From Polaromonas sp. (GTDB lineage: Bacteria; Pseudomonadota; Gammaproteobacteria; Burkholderiales; Burkholderiaceae_C): DNA of 61,828 nt. Below, one piece after another: positions 1 through 10,686 of the stretch (within the stretch, counting starts at the first letter, position 1; the number at the start of each line of letters is the position of its first letter). The notes beneath the pieces were generated by a model. That model was not told where the DNA came from and did no database searches. It saw nothing but the letters and a program-made list of their open reading frames with translations. The stretch is from positions 1 through 61,828 of the forward strand of contig JANMTB010000106.1 in NCBI GenBank assembly GCA_031390045.1, written 5' to 3'. A program made the translations under genes and the position numbers.

Positions 1-95
1 TCTGGCCGCGTATAAGCCATAAATACTGCTGCCAAAGCCGCTAGGGCTACTGCCCAAGCCAGCAAGCGTTTGATGGTGTAGTGCGAGTCTTGCAT
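1..95 (-). CDS. partial CDS (about 31 N-terminal codons) of a hypothetical membrane protein, runs off the window start
   Basis: Minus-strand ATG at 95..93 opens a frame (MQDSHYTIKRLLAWAVALAALAAVFMAYTRP) that stays open to base 1. It has a hydrophobic segment. No family recognised. Confidence 0.3.
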   Translation of the reverse strand, partial: MQDSHYTIKRLLAWAVALAALAAVFMAYTRP

Positions 96-120
96 GGTCT
101 AAATGATACGTTATTTAAGT

Positions 121-1350
121 TTATGCAGGTTTCAGAGGTGACCGTACAACGGCGGTTTCTTTCACTGGCAAGTTTATCAAACCACCGAATATGCCCAGCG
201 CGATAATGATGTACCACATCACGTCATAGCTCTTGTTCGCATCAAAGATCACCGCACCCATCCATGCGCCTAAAAACGAACCGATTTGGTGGCTGAAAAA
301 GACCAAGCCGCTGAGCATGGACAAGTGCTGAATGCCAAACATTTGCGCCACTAAAACGTTGGTTACCGGCACCGTGGATAACCATAATAAACCCATCAAA
401 CTTGCAAATATATACACGCTCATAGGCGTTAGTGGTGCGAGTATAAAGACAGCCACAATAACGGCTCGAGCAAAATAAATAAAAGATAATATTTTAGTTT
501 TCGACATGCGTTGGCCTAGTGAGCCAGCAATATAGGTACCAAACACGTTAAATAATCCCACCAAAGCCAGTGCGTAGCTCGCCACTTGCGGCGACAAGCC
601 TTGGTCTTTCAAATAGCTGGGCAAATGTACGCCTATGAAAACAACTTGAAAACCGCACACAAAATACCCTGCCATCAAGAGCTGAAAACTCGGGTATTTG
701 AAGGCTTCAGTCAGCGCTTGCATGATCGTTTGGTCACGTTTGACGGTCGTAGCGCCGTTGGAAAAAGCATGTTCGCGCAAGCCAAACGACAGCGGAATCA
801 TCAGCAATGTCGCAAAACCCAACATCACCAGTGCTTGCTGCCAGCCAAAGCTGCTGATCAAGAAACCCTCGGTTGGCACCATCAAAAACTGCCCAAACGA
901 ACCTGCTGCTGCTGCGACACCCATGGCCCAAGAGCGTTTTTCGGCAGGCACGTTGCGGCCAATCACCCCGTAAATCACCGCGTAAGTCGTGCCAGCTTGT
1001 GCCGCGCCGATCAAAATACCGGCACTCAAAGCAAACAAAAACGGCGTATTAGCGTAAGCCATGCCGACCAAACCCAGTGCATACAAAATTGCGCCGCCAA
1101 TAATGACTTTGAACGCGCCAAACTTGTCTGCCAGCATGCCAGCGCCAATACCGGTCACGCCCCAAGCGAGGTTTTGAATCGCGATAGCAAACGCAAAGTT
1201 CTCGCGTGTCCAGCCGTATTGGGTGGTTATGGGCTGTAGCCACAGGCCAAAACCGTGTCGAATACCCATGGCGAGTGTAACAATGGCTGCGCCGCAAATG
1301 AGAACTTGTGTGAGACTGAGTGGTTTGTGGGTTGATGAGGATGTCGTCAT
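121..1350 (-). CDS. MFS transporter
   Basis: 409-aa ORF with about 12 hydrophobic segments and an MFS-like loop (GMLADKFG). The long plus-strand ORFs overlapping it are shadows. Confidence 0.85.
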   Translation of the reverse strand: MTTSSSTHKPLSLTQVLICGAAIVTLAMGIRHGFGLWLQPITTQYGWTRENFAFAIAIQNLAWGVTGIGAGMLADKFGAFKVIIGGAILYALGLVGMAYANTPFLFALSAGILIGAAQAGTTYAVIYGVIGRNVPAEKRSWAMGVAAAAGSFGQFLMVPTEGFLISSFGWQQALVMLGFATLLMIPLSFGLREHAFSNGATTVKRDQTIMQALTEAFKYPSFQLLMAGYFVCGFQVVFIGVHLPSYLKDQGLSPQVASYALALVGLFNVFGTYIAGSLGQRMSKTKILSFIYFARAVIVAVFILAPLTPMSVYIFASLMGLLWLSTVPVTNVLVAQMFGIQHLSMLSGLVFFSHQIGSFLGAWMGAVIFDANKSYDVMWYIIIALGIFGGLINLPVKETAVVRSPLKPA

Positions 1351-1411
1351 CCCTTGAGTTTAGCTTGCACCAGCACAAGATGCTGTCACGCAAGTTGAAT
1401 CCTCCACTTGA

Positions 1412-1462
1412 TATTTGATATACTGTTTATTAATACAGTAATAAATTGCTACCGTCTACAAT
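1412..1462 (-). repeat. degenerate copy A of the dispersed ~50-bp repeat (reverse orientation), just upstream of the parE start
   Basis: ATTTGATAT-N7-ATTAA..AATAAATTGCTACCGTCTACA aligns, with gaps, to the reverse complement of the family consensus. Confidence 0.45.
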
Positions 1463-1470
1463 GCACCGCT

Positions 1471-3450
1471 ATGGCTACCAAACCCGCTTCCAAACCTGCT
1501 GAATATTCCGAAAGCTCGATCCGCGTTTTGAAAGGCCTTGAGCCCGTCAAACAACGTCCCGGCATGTACACGCGGACCGACAACCCGCTGCACGTCATCC
1601 AAGAAGTGCTGGACAACTCGGCAGACGAAGCGCTGGCAGGACATGGCAAAAAGATCAAGGTGACTTTACACAGCGATGGCTCGGTCAGCATCGAAGACGA
1701 TGGTCGTGGCATTCCGTTTGGCATGCACCCGACTGAAAAAGCACCCGTGATTGAGCTGGTGTTCACCCAATTGCACGCCGGCGGTAAATTTGACAAAGGC
1801 AAGGGAGGCGCGTACAGCTTCTCGGGCGGTTTGCATGGCGTGGGTGTGAGTGTGACGAATGCTTTGGCGAAACGCCTAGAAGCCACCAGCTACCGCGAAG
1901 GCTCGGTTGCAAGCCTCGTTTTCTCTGCTGGCGATGTGATTGAACCCTTGAAGGTTCGTAAAACGGGTGAGGGCGACCGCAAAACTGGTACGACGGTGCG
2001 GGTCTGGATCGACCCCAAATACTTTGAAACAGCGCAGTTACCAATGACGGAGCTGATGCACCTGCTGCGCAGCAAAGCGGTGCTGATGCCGGGCGTGACT
2101 GTCACCCTCGTCAACGAAAAAACCAAAGAAACCCAAAACTGGCAATACAAAGGCGGTTTGCGTGATTATTTGATGCAAACGCTTACGGGCGACCCGGTCA
2201 TTCCCTTGTTTGAAGAGGAAGGCTTTGCAGACAGTGCAAGTGAAAGCTTCGCCGAAGGCGAGGGCGCGCAGTGGTGTGTGTCCTTCACCGAAGACGGCTC
2301 GCCGGTGCGCGAAAGCTATGTCAATTTGATTCCCACCAGCGCAGGTGGTACCCATGAAAGCGGTCTACGCGATGGTTTGTTCACAGCTGTCAAAAGCTTC
2401 ATCGACCTACACAGCTTGCTGCCCAAAGGGGTGAAGTTGATGCCAGAAGACGTCTTCGCCCGCGCCAGCTATGTGCTGTCTGCCAAGGTGCTAGACCCAC
2501 AGTTTCAGGGGCAGATCAAAGAGCGCTTGAATTCGCGCGATGCGGTGCGTTTGGTTTCAGGTTTTGTACGTCCTTCATTAGAGCTGTGGCTGAATCAACA
2601 CGTTGATTACGGCAAAAAATTGGCCGAACTCGCCATCAAAGCCGCACAAACCCGTCAAAAAGCGGGTCAAAAGGTTGAAAAGCGCAAAGGCTCTGGTGTG
2701 GCAGTCTTGCCAGGAAAGTTGACCGATTGCGAGAGCAAAGACATTGCCTACAACGAGGTGTTTTTGGTCGAGGGCGACTCCGCTGGCGGCAGTGCCAAAA
2801 TGGGGCGCGACAAAGAAACCCAAGCGATTTTGCCGTTGCGGGGAAAGATTTTGAACACCTGGGAGGTCGAGCGCGACCGTTTGTTTGCCAATACCGAGAT
2901 CCACGACATTTCGGTCGCCATTGGCGTTGACCCACATGGTGCGAGCGATTCGCCAGATTTGACGGGATTGCGCTACGGAAAAATCTGCATTTTGAGTGAT
3001 GCGGACGTGGACGGCTCACACATTCAGGTACTTTTGCTCACACTCTTTTTCAGACATTTCCCCAAATTGATAGAAACTGGGCACATCTACGTAGCGCGAC
3101 CGCCGTTGTTCAGAGTCGATGCGCCAGCGCGCGGTAAAAAACCGGCTTCTAAGGTCTACGCCTTGGATGCTGGCGAGCTTGAGGCGATTTTGGATAAACT
3201 GCGCAAAGACAATGTGAAAGAGGGCGCTTGGAGCATCAGCCGCTTCAAGGGTTTGGGCGAGATGAACGCTGAGCAGCTGTGGGACACCACGCTGAACCCC
3301 GACACCCGCCGCCTGCTACCCGTTGATTTGGGCAAAATGAACTTCAAAGAGACCGAGGATTTGATCACCAAGCTGATGGGCAAAGGCGAAGCAGCAAGTC
3401 GCCGTGAGCTGATGGAGTTGCATGGCGATTCGGTTGAAGTTGATATTTGA
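1471..3450 (+). CDS. parE: DNA topoisomerase IV subunit B
   Basis: GHKL ATPase and Toprim motifs (LEPVKQRPGMYT, EGDSAGGSAK, DADVDGSHI). Start placed at the internal ATG (MATKPAS) because the ORF-track N-terminus lies in the AT-rich repeat. It is paired with parC downstream. Confidence 0.93.
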   Translation: MATKPASKPAEYSESSIRVLKGLEPVKQRPGMYTRTDNPLHVIQEVLDNSADEALAGHGKKIKVTLHSDGSVSIEDDGRGIPFGMHPTEKAPVIELVFTQLHAGGKFDKGKGGAYSFSGGLHGVGVSVTNALAKRLEATSYREGSVASLVFSAGDVIEPLKVRKTGEGDRKTGTTVRVWIDPKYFETAQLPMTELMHLLRSKAVLMPGVTVTLVNEKTKETQNWQYKGGLRDYLMQTLTGDPVIPLFEEEGFADSASESFAEGEGAQWCVSFTEDGSPVRESYVNLIPTSAGGTHESGLRDGLFTAVKSFIDLHSLLPKGVKLMPEDVFARASYVLSAKVLDPQFQGQIKERLNSRDAVRLVSGFVRPSLELWLNQHVDYGKKLAELAIKAAQTRQKAGQKVEKRKGSGVAVLPGKLTDCESKDIAYNEVFLVEGDSAGGSAKMGRDKETQAILPLRGKILNTWEVERDRLFANTEIHDISVAIGVDPHGASDSPDLTGLRYGKICILSDADVDGSHIQVLLLTLFFRHFPKLIETGHIYVARPPLFRVDAPARGKKPASKVYALDAGELEAILDKLRKDNVKEGAWSISRFKGLGEMNAEQLWDTTLNPDTRRLLPVDLGKMNFKETEDLITKLMGKGEAASRRELMELHGDSVEVDI

Positions 3451-3477
3451 ATTGATGTTTAAGTAAAACTGAGAACA

Positions 3478-4404
3478 ATGATGTGGTTTAAGAGTTTATT
3501 GTACTTTATAGGTAAAATTCGCCTGAAGCCGGCGTATTTGTTGCCTCTAATGCTATTATTTTCGCAGCAAAATGCATATGCGGACGTGTGGGGCTACGTC
3601 GATGCCAAAGGCGTTGCTCACTTCGCCGCAGAGCGCGTGGATGACCGTTACGAGTTGTTTTTCAAAGGCGGCGAAAGTTTTGACACTGAGAACGGCGTAT
3701 CGGCCAAACGCAGCGGTGAATCTGCGGCGGGATCGCCCACAGTGGCTACCAAATCTCCAGCCAATGCCAAAATCCTTGCTTATTTTGACGTGTCCACCAA
3801 CTACAAAGCTGTTCGCCACCATATGCGCGAAGCGGCTAAAACTTACAACGTTGATTTTGAGTTGTTGCAGGCCATCATCGTAGCCGAATCAGGTTTTGAC
3901 CACCTTGCTGTGTCACCCAAAGGCGCGATAGGTTTGATGCAGCTGATGCCAGATACCGCCAAGCGCTTTGGCGTGAAGGCTGACAAAAACAAAAGCGTCG
4001 AAGACAAACTACGCGATCCGAAAACCAATATCAATGCTGGTGCTAAGTATTTGCGTGCGTTGATCAATATGTTTCCCGGTAAATTGGAGCTGGCCATAGC
4101 TTCCTACAACGCTGGCGAAGGCGCTGTGCAAAAGTACGGCAACACGATTCCGCCTTACAAAGAAACGCAAAATTACGTCAAAACCGTGGTTCAAACCTTT
4201 TTGGCTATCAAGCCGCCTGTCACGCTGCTACAAGCTAAAGCAGCAGAAAAGTCATTAGCCGCAAGCTCTGCTACTACCGCAAGCAGTGCGCCAAATCGTG
4301 TTCGTATGACGATGGGCGGTGCTGTGGTTGGCGGCGCCGTTGGTCGGGGCAATATGATCGCACCACTGGCAAAAGCTGATTCGGCGACCGTACTAAATCA
4401 ATAA
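3478..4404 (+). CDS. lytic transglycosylase (SLT domain) with signal peptide
   Basis: SLT motifs ESGFD, GLMQLMP and [10 protein letters not shown]-terminal signal ends ...[10 protein letters not shown]. Confidence 0.85.
   Translation: MMWFKSLLYFIGKIRLKPAYLLPLMLLFSQQNAYADVWGYVDAKGVAHFAAERVDDRYELFFKGGESFDTENGVSAKRSGESAAGSPTVATKSPANAKILAYFDVSTNYKAVRHHMREAAKTYNVDFELLQAIIVAESGFDHLAVSPKGAIGLMQLMPDTAKRFGVKADKNKSVEDKLRDPKTNINAGAKYLRALINMFPGKLELAIASYNAGEGAVQKYGNTIPPYKETQNYVKTVVQTFLAIKPPVTLLQAKAAEKSLAASSATTASSAPNRVRMTMGGAVVGGAVGRGNMIAPLAKADSATVLNQ
3526..3573 (+). repeat. copy B of the dispersed repeat, inside the SLT gene (encodes the signal-peptide core)
   Basis: GAAGCCGGCGTATTTGTTGCCTCTAATGCTAT-N7-GCAGCAAAAT, translated in frame as [15 protein letters not shown]. 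Confidence 0.6.
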
Positions 4405-4445
4405 AAATCAATAAAATTAAAAATACATTTCAGTTTTCAATTTTC

Positions 4446-6794
4446 ATGACAGACCCAACCCTTTTTGACCTTCCACCTGAAGATGTAGATGCCGATCTGA
4501 ACCTCGCCAATTACGCCCAACGTGCTTATCTTGAATACGCGCTCAGCGTCGTCAAGGGGCGCGCCCTGCCAGATGTCTGCGATGGTCAAAAGCCCGTACA
4601 GCGCCGCATTTTGTACAGCATGTCGCGTATGGGCTTGGGCTATGGCGGCGCGAACGGCACGGTAGGTGCCAAACCCGTCAAATCTGCCCGCGTGGTGGGC
4701 GATGTTTTGGGCAAATACCACCCGCACGGCGACTCTGCCGCGTACGACGCCATGGTGCGCATGGCGCAAGATTTCTCGCAGCGCTACCCACTGATTGACG
4801 GTCAAGGCAACTTCGGCTCGCGCGATGGCGACGGCGCTGCCGCAATGCGCTACACCGAGGCACGTTTGGCCAAAATCACCAGCTTGCTGATGGACGAACT
4901 CGACCAAGGCACGGTTGATTTCATCCCCAACTACGACGGCAGCGAAACCGAGCCCAGCCAACTTCCTGCGCGTTTGCCGTTCACCTTGCTCAACGGCGCC
5001 AGCGGCATTGCGGTCGGTTTGGCAACTGAAATCCCTAGCCACAATTTGCGCGAAATCGCCGAAGCTTGCGTCGCCTTGATCAAAACGCCGAAGCTGACGG
5101 ACGACGAGTTGTTCACTATCATCCCCGGCCCCGACTACCCAGGTGGTGGACAAATCATCAGCAGCAGCTCTGATATTGCCGACGCTTACCGCACAGGCCG
5201 TGGCTCGCTCAAAGTACGCGCACGTTGGAAAATTGAAGAGCTGGCGCGTGGCCAGTGGCAACTGGTCGTGACTGAGTTGCCGATTGGCGTGAGCACCCAA
5301 AAAGTATTGGAAGAGATTGAAGAAATCACCAACCCCAAGGTCAAAACTGGAAAAAAAGCGCTGAGTTTGGACCAAACCAACCTCAAAGCCAGCGTGCTGG
5401 CGGTGTTGGATGTGGTGCGTGATGAGTCGAACAAAGACGCGGCAGTGCGCCTCGTTTTCGAGCCCAAAACCAGCAAAATTGGCCAGCAAGAGCTGATTAC
5501 AGCTTTACTCGCACATACATCGCTGGAAACCTCATCGTCGATCAACCTCACGATGATCGGCATCGACGGCAGACCGACGCTGAAGTCACTGCGCCAAATA
5601 TTGAATGAGTGGATCGAGTTCCGCCACCAAACCATTGGCAAACGCTCGCAGCACAAGCTGGACAAAGTGCTGGATCGCATCCACATCTTAGAAGGCCGTG
5701 CGCTGATTTTGCTCAATATTGACGAGGTGATTGCGATCATCCGCCAGTCTGATGAGCCGAAAGCTGCGCTGATCGCCCGTTTTAAGCTCTCAGAGCGCCA
5801 AGCCGACGATATTTTGGACATTCGCCTGCGTCAATTGGCGCGTTTGGAAGCGATCAAGATCGAGCAAGAGCTGGCTGAATTGCGCACCGAGCAGGGTAAA
5901 TTGGAAGAGATTTTGGGTAGCCCAGCGGCTTTGCGCCGCTTGATGATCAAAGAGATCGAGACCGACGCCAAGCAGTTTGCTGATGCACGTCGCACGCTGA
6001 TTCAAACCGAGAAAAAATCGGTCGTCGAGGTGAAAATTGTTGACGAAGCCGTCACCGTTGTTGTGAGTTCCATGGGTTGGGTTCGCGCCCGCACCGCGCA
6101 TGGTCACGAGGCAAGCAGCTTCGCCTTCAAAGCGGGTGACGATTTGTACGCCACGTTTGAATGCCGCACGGTGGACACGCTCTTGGCATTCGGTGGCAAT
6201 GGCCGCGTCTATTCCGTGCCTGTAGCGATGCTGCCAGGCGCACGGGGCGATGGTCAACCCGTCACCACGCTGATTGAGCTGGAATCTGGCACAAAATTAG
6301 TCCATTACTTCGCAGGCCCAGCTAGCGCCAGTTTACTGCTATCAAGTTCTGCAGGTTACGGCTTTTTAGCGACGGTGGAAAGCATGACGTCCCGCCTCAA
6401 AGCTGGCAAAGCTTTTGTGACTTGCAACGAAGGCGAGTCCATGAATCGCCCATCGCTAGTTGCCAATGCCGCCACCGTGCCACCGTTCGCCGCCACGCAC
6501 GTGGCTTGCGCATCTGCAGGAAGCCGCATATTAACCTTTGAAATCAAAGACTTGAAAGCCATGACCAACGGTGGCAGAGGTTTGATGTTGATTGACCTTG
6601 AAGCCAAAGACACCCTAGCTGGCGCAGCCGCATACACCCGCAGCATCAACATCAAAGGCATAGGCCGAGGCGGTAAACCCCGCGAAGAAACCATAGAAAT
6701 CCGCAGCCTCAACAACGCCCGAGCCGCCCGTGGCCGCAAAGGCAAAGCCGCTGATTTGGGTTTCAAGCCGACGGATGTGATTCGGGTTGAGTAA
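4446..6794 (+). CDS. parC: DNA topoisomerase IV subunit A
   Basis: 782 aa. GyrA/ParC N-terminal motifs ([30 protein letters not shown]). It lacks a GyrA-type acidic tail. A clearly distinct gyrA lies elsewhere in the window. Confidence 0.95.
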   Translation: MTDPTLFDLPPEDVDADLNLANYAQRAYLEYALSVVKGRALPDVCDGQKPVQRRILYSMSRMGLGYGGANGTVGAKPVKSARVVGDVLGKYHPHGDSAAYDAMVRMAQDFSQRYPLIDGQGNFGSRDGDGAAAMRYTEARLAKITSLLMDELDQGTVDFIPNYDGSETEPSQLPARLPFTLLNGASGIAVGLATEIPSHNLREIAEACVALIKTPKLTDDELFTIIPGPDYPGGGQIISSSSDIADAYRTGRGSLKVRARWKIEELARGQWQLVVTELPIGVSTQKVLEEIEEITNPKVKTGKKALSLDQTNLKASVLAVLDVVRDESNKDAAVRLVFEPKTSKIGQQELITALLAHTSLETSSSINLTMIGIDGRPTLKSLRQILNEWIEFRHQTIGKRSQHKLDKVLDRIHILEGRALILLNIDEVIAIIRQSDEPKAALIARFKLSERQADDILDIRLRQLARLEAIKIEQELAELRTEQGKLEEILGSPAALRRLMIKEIETDAKQFADARRTLIQTEKKSVVEVKIVDEAVTVVVSSMGWVRARTAHGHEASSFAFKAGDDLYATFECRTVDTLLAFGGNGRVYSVPVAMLPGARGDGQPVTTLIELESGTKLVHYFAGPASASLLLSSSAGYGFLATVESMTSRLKAGKAFVTCNEGESMNRPSLVANAATVPPFAATHVACASAGSRILTFEIKDLKAMTNGGRGLMLIDLEAKDTLAGAAAYTRSINIKGIGRGGKPREETIEIRSLNNARAARGRKGKAADLGFKPTDVIRVE

Positions 6795-6811
6795 TTGGGT
6801 CAAATAATATT

Positions 6812-7165
6812 ATGTGGCAATATGCTTTAAAAATATTATTATCTGCTGCAGTATTGGTTGCTGTATCTGAGTTGGCCAAACGCAGCTCGTTTTGGGGTGC
6901 GGCTTTAGCATCTATACCCTTAACATCATTATTAGCTTTTATTTGGTTGTATTTGGATACGGGTGATGTGCAGCGCGTCATCAGTCTGTCAAACGGGATA
7001 TTCTGGTTAGTTATTCCATCGCTGGTTTTGTTTGTTGCATTGCCGTTGTTGTTACGTAGTGGTTTGAATTTTTGGCTCAGCTTGCTTCTAGCCAGCGCAG
7101 CCACAGCTATCTCATATGTTGGTATGGTCAAGTTATTGCCGCTATTTGGTGTAAAACTTGATTAA
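6812..7165 (+). CDS. small integral membrane protein (DUF3147-like)
   Basis: 117 aa with four hydrophobic helices. Family assignment is from memory of the N-terminal pattern only. Confidence 0.55.
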   Translation: MWQYALKILLSAAVLVAVSELAKRSSFWGAALASIPLTSLLAFIWLYLDTGDVQRVISLSNGIFWLVIPSLVLFVALPLLLRSGLNFWLSLLLASAATAISYVGMVKLLPLFGVKLD

Positions 7166-7190
7166 AGAACTAAAAATACTTAAAATATCG

Positions 7191-7244
7191 TTATAGACAC
7201 CGTGTTTATTGCCTAAGCAGCTATTAAAATGATAGTAAATATTT
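7191..7244 (+). repeat. copy C of the dispersed repeat
   Basis: TTATAGACACCGTGTTTATTGCCTAAGCAGCTAT-TAAAATG-ATAGTAAATATTT. It ends 15 nt before the GNAT start. Confidence 0.8.
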
Positions 7245-7259
7245 ACCCATAAAGCATCT

Positions 7260-7715
7260 GTGATCATCAAAATAGACGACCTGCTAGGCTCCGAAATCGC
7301 CAAACTACTGCAAGAGCATTTGGACCATATGTATTCCGTATCCCCAGCCGCCAGCGTGCATGCTTTGGATATTGAAGCCCTGCGCCATCCAGATATTACC
7401 TTTTGGAGCGCCTGGGAAGATAATCATCTATGCGGCTGCGGCGCGATTAAAAAGATTAATAGTGAGTATGCAGAACTTAAATCAATGCGAACTGCAAACG
7501 AGTATCAACGGCAAGGTGTGGCGCTCAACATACTCAATACTGTGATTATTGAAGCTAAAAACCGAGGTTATCAAAAACTATACCTGGAAACCGGCTCACA
7601 ACCGGCTTTCTTTCCAGCCCGCACCCTGTATCTAAACCGTGGCTTTAAACTCTGCGAGCCCTTTGAAGGCTATATTCATGACGAGAACAGCGTTTTTATG
7701 AGTTTTGACTTGTAA
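7260..7715 (+). CDS. GNAT family N-acetyltransferase
   Basis: 151 aa with an acetyl-CoA binding motif (QRQGVALNIL..AKNRGY). GTG start. Confidence 0.8.
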   Translation: MIIKIDDLLGSEIAKLLQEHLDHMYSVSPAASVHALDIEALRHPDITFWSAWEDNHLCGCGAIKKINSEYAELKSMRTANEYQRQGVALNILNTVIIEAKNRGYQKLYLETGSQPAFFPARTLYLNRGFKLCEPFEGYIHDENSVFMSFDL

Positions 7716-7740
7716 ATGCACCAAAATAGAAGATAAATTG

Positions 7741-7794
7741 CCTATAGCCGTTGTATTTATTGGCTTAATAGCATTAATATTTATAGCAAATATT
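7741..7794 (+). repeat. copy D of the dispersed repeat
   Basis: CCTATAGCCGTTGTATTTATTGGCTTAATAGCATT-AATATTT-ATAGCAAATATT. Confidence 0.8.
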
Positions 7795-7800
7795 AATGCT

Positions 7801-8988
7801 TTAAATTACTTCCATCGTTCTCAAGGCTGCAATTTCTTCCGGTTTGTATCCCAATTCCTCAAGTATCTCGTCGGTATGTTCGCCTAACAAGGGTGCGCGT
7901 TGCAAGGGGATTTTTTCGGTTTCGGACAGGGTAAATGCACCGCGCGTGATGGGGGCGGTGTGCGGCATGCCGGGGAAGGCTAGGGGGTTGAGCAGTTGGG
8001 ACGCTGCAATTTGCGGATGTTTTAGCGCTTGCTGTGGCGAAAGCACCGGGCCGCAGGGGATTTTGGCATCGCCTAGCTGCTGGAAGGCTTGGTCTAAACT
8101 GCGTTCTGCGCACCACTGGGCGACGCGGGCGCTGATCAGCTCGCCGTGTTGGCCTCGCAGCTCATCGTCGGCAAAGCGTGGGTCAGATAGCCAATCGGGT
8201 TCGCCAATGAGTTTGGCGATGCGGTCAAACAGAGGTTTGCCGACGACTTGTACCAAAATCCAGCCATCTTGGGTTCGGTATATGTCTACGGGTGCCGCCG
8301 TTTGGCCGCGGTTGCCAGTGGGGACGCGGTTCGGCGCGGCGACGGCTTGCTCAATCAGCGCGCCATTGTTGAAGCTAACGGCGGTGGCTAGCAATGAGCC
8401 TGTGACCACTTGACCCTGCCCAGTCTGCCCACGCGCCATCAAAGCCGCCATCGCACCCAAAGCGCAGTGCAGGGCGGTGCCAAAATCGACCCAGTTGACG
8501 GCGGCGCGGTAGGGCTCGTCGGGCTGACCCGTCATGTACACCACGCCCGACATGGCTTGCGCTACACCGTCAAACCCCACGTTTTTTGCCAACGGGCCGC
8601 TAGATCCAAATGCTGAGCTGGTGACCAAAATTATGTCGGGTTTGATGGCTTTGAGCGTCTCATAGTCCAGCCCCATTTGCTTCAAAGCGGGTTCGGGTAG
8701 GTTGGCGACCACAATATCTGCGCTGAGTACGAGTTTGGCGACCACGTCTCTGCCTTTGGGCGTTAGAGGGTCTAGCGTCAACGAGCGTTTGTTGCGATTG
8801 ATCTGCATGAACATGCCGCCTTCGCCAGAGGCGGCGATGGGTGCGATGTAGCGGTCTTCACCACCGGTGCGTTTTTCAATCCGAATCACATCTGCACCAT
8901 ATTCCCCCAGCAGCGTGGCGCAATAGGGGCCTGCAATGTAGCGGCCAAAATCGAGCACCCGAATACCGGAAAGTAAGTGTTTTGTCAT
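7801..8988 (-). CDS. family III CoA-transferase (CaiB/BaiF type)
   Basis: 395 aa with a typical N-terminus (LSGIRVLDFGRYIAGPYCATLLGEYGADVIRIE). Confidence 0.85.
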   Translation of the reverse strand: MTKHLLSGIRVLDFGRYIAGPYCATLLGEYGADVIRIEKRTGGEDRYIAPIAASGEGGMFMQINRNKRSLTLDPLTPKGRDVVAKLVLSADIVVANLPEPALKQMGLDYETLKAIKPDIILVTSSAFGSSGPLAKNVGFDGVAQAMSGVVYMTGQPDEPYRAAVNWVDFGTALHCALGAMAALMARGQTGQGQVVTGSLLATAVSFNNGALIEQAVAAPNRVPTGNRGQTAAPVDIYRTQDGWILVQVVGKPLFDRIAKLIGEPDWLSDPRFADDELRGQHGELISARVAQWCAERSLDQAFQQLGDAKIPCGPVLSPQQALKHPQIAASQLLNPLAFPGMPHTAPITRGAFTLSETEKIPLQRAPLLGEHTDEILEELGYKPEEIAALRTMEVI

Positions 8989-9007
8989 GCGTAACTCGGT
9001 TTAAATT

Positions 9008-10591
9008 TCAAATTTCAAAACTGACGCCTTGGGCGAGTGGCAGGCTGGTTGAGTAGTTGACGGTATTCGTGGTGCGTCGCATATAGGCTTTCCAGCTGTC
9101 GGAGCCGGCTTCTCTGCCACCGCCTGTTTCTTTTTCGCCACCGAAAGCGCCGCCGATTTCAGCGCCGCTGGGGCCAATGTTGACGTTAGCAATGCCGCAG
9201 TCTGAGCCGCTGCTGGCGATGAATTGCTCGGCTTCACGCATGTTGAGGGTGAAGATGGAGGAGGACAGGCCTGCGGTTACCGCGTTGTTCATGGCAATGG
9301 CGTCGCTCAATTCGGTGTAGCGGACGACGTACAAAATTGGGGCGAAAGTTTCACGCAAAGCAGGTCCGCTGTGCGATGCGAGTTCGACGATAGCGGGGCG
9401 GACAAAATACGCGCTTCCAGAGGCGGTTTCAGAGACATTTTCATCTGAGGAAGCACTGGTTTTAACGCGTTCACCGCCGTGCACAACAGCACCCAATTGG
9501 CGGGATTCTGCCAAAGCAGCTTGCATGTTGTCAAAGGCGGCGGCGTCGATGAGCGGCCCAACCAATGTGCCTGCAGCGCGCGGGTCGCCAACCGCTACAT
9601 TGGCATAAACTTTGGCGAGGTTGGGCACGAGCTGTGCATAGACGCTGTCGTGCACAAACAGGCGTCGCAGGCTGGTGCAACGCTGGCCGGCTGTGCCCAT
9701 GGCAGAAAAGGCGATCGCGCGTAGGGTTAAATCGAGGTCGGCACTGGGGCAGACGATGGCAGCATTATTCCCACCCAGCTCCAAAATGGCACGTGCAAAG
9801 CGTGTAGCCAAGCGTGGTGCAACGCTGCGTCCCATGGCGGTGGAGCCAGTGGCGCTGAGGACTTTGACACGGTGGTCGTCAACCAGTATTTCGCCAACAT
9901 CGCGCTTGCCGATCAGCAGTTCTAGCAATCCTGCGGGCGCGTCATTCGAGATGGCGTTGAACTTATTGATAGCACGTAAGGCAATAGAATGGACGGCTAG
10001 GGCAGTTAATGGTGTTTTTTCAGACGGTTTCCAAACCACAGGATTGCCGCAAACCAAGGCGAGTGCTGCGTTCCACGACCAAACGGCGACGGGAAAGTTA
10101 AACGCTGAAATCACCCCGCAAACGCCCAGCGGATGCCACGTTTCCATCATCCGGTGCTCTGAGCGCTCTGTCGTCATAGTGATGCCATGCAATTGACGTG
10201 AGAGACCGACCGCGAAGTCGCAAATATCAATCATCTCTTGTACCTCACCCGCGCCTTCGGAAGTGATTTTTCCCGCTTCTAGGGTGACGAGCATGGCTAA
10301 ATCGGCATTGGCAGTGCGTAATTCTTCACCCAACAACCGCACCAACTCACCACGGCGTGGTGCGGGAACATTGCGCCAGGTTTGAAAGGCGGCGTCAGCA
10401 CGGGTGATGGCGGCGGTGGTGTCGGCAGCGCTGGTGTCGATGACGTTGGCGATTTGCTCGCCAGTGATGGGGGAATTGACCCGTAGATTACCTGCTGTGT
10501 AGCTGGAAGCGGGTACTCCAAGTCGCTGCAAAATTTCGGTGGTTTGGGAGGCAATCTGGTTTGGGTTAGCAGGGTTGAAAGGCTGGTTCAT
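9008..10591 (-). CDS. NAD-dependent aldehyde dehydrogenase, ALDH7/AmaB-like (aminoadipate-semialdehyde type)
   Basis: 527 aa. Aldehyde dehydrogenase motifs (FNFPVAVWSWN, ELGGNNA, GQRCTS). Subfamily assignment is tentative. Confidence 0.8.
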   Translation of the reverse strand: MNQPFNPANPNQIASQTTEILQRLGVPASSYTAGNLRVNSPITGEQIANVIDTSAADTTAAITRADAAFQTWRNVPAPRRGELVRLLGEELRTANADLAMLVTLEAGKITSEGAGEVQEMIDICDFAVGLSRQLHGITMTTERSEHRMMETWHPLGVCGVISAFNFPVAVWSWNAALALVCGNPVVWKPSEKTPLTALAVHSIALRAINKFNAISNDAPAGLLELLIGKRDVGEILVDDHRVKVLSATGSTAMGRSVAPRLATRFARAILELGGNNAAIVCPSADLDLTLRAIAFSAMGTAGQRCTSLRRLFVHDSVYAQLVPNLAKVYANVAVGDPRAAGTLVGPLIDAAAFDNMQAALAESRQLGAVVHGGERVKTSASSDENVSETASGSAYFVRPAIVELASHSGPALRETFAPILYVVRYTELSDAIAMNNAVTAGLSSSIFTLNMREAEQFIASSGSDCGIANVNIGPSGAEIGGAFGGEKETGGGREAGSDSWKAYMRRTTNTVNYSTSLPLAQGVSFEI

Positions 10592-10686
10592 GATGTTGAT
10601 CTAATATTTAACATCAACTTTAACCGATGAAGTCGATTTAGGGCAAAACCAGCGTGGATAATCACTGACAACTTTATTTGTATGGC

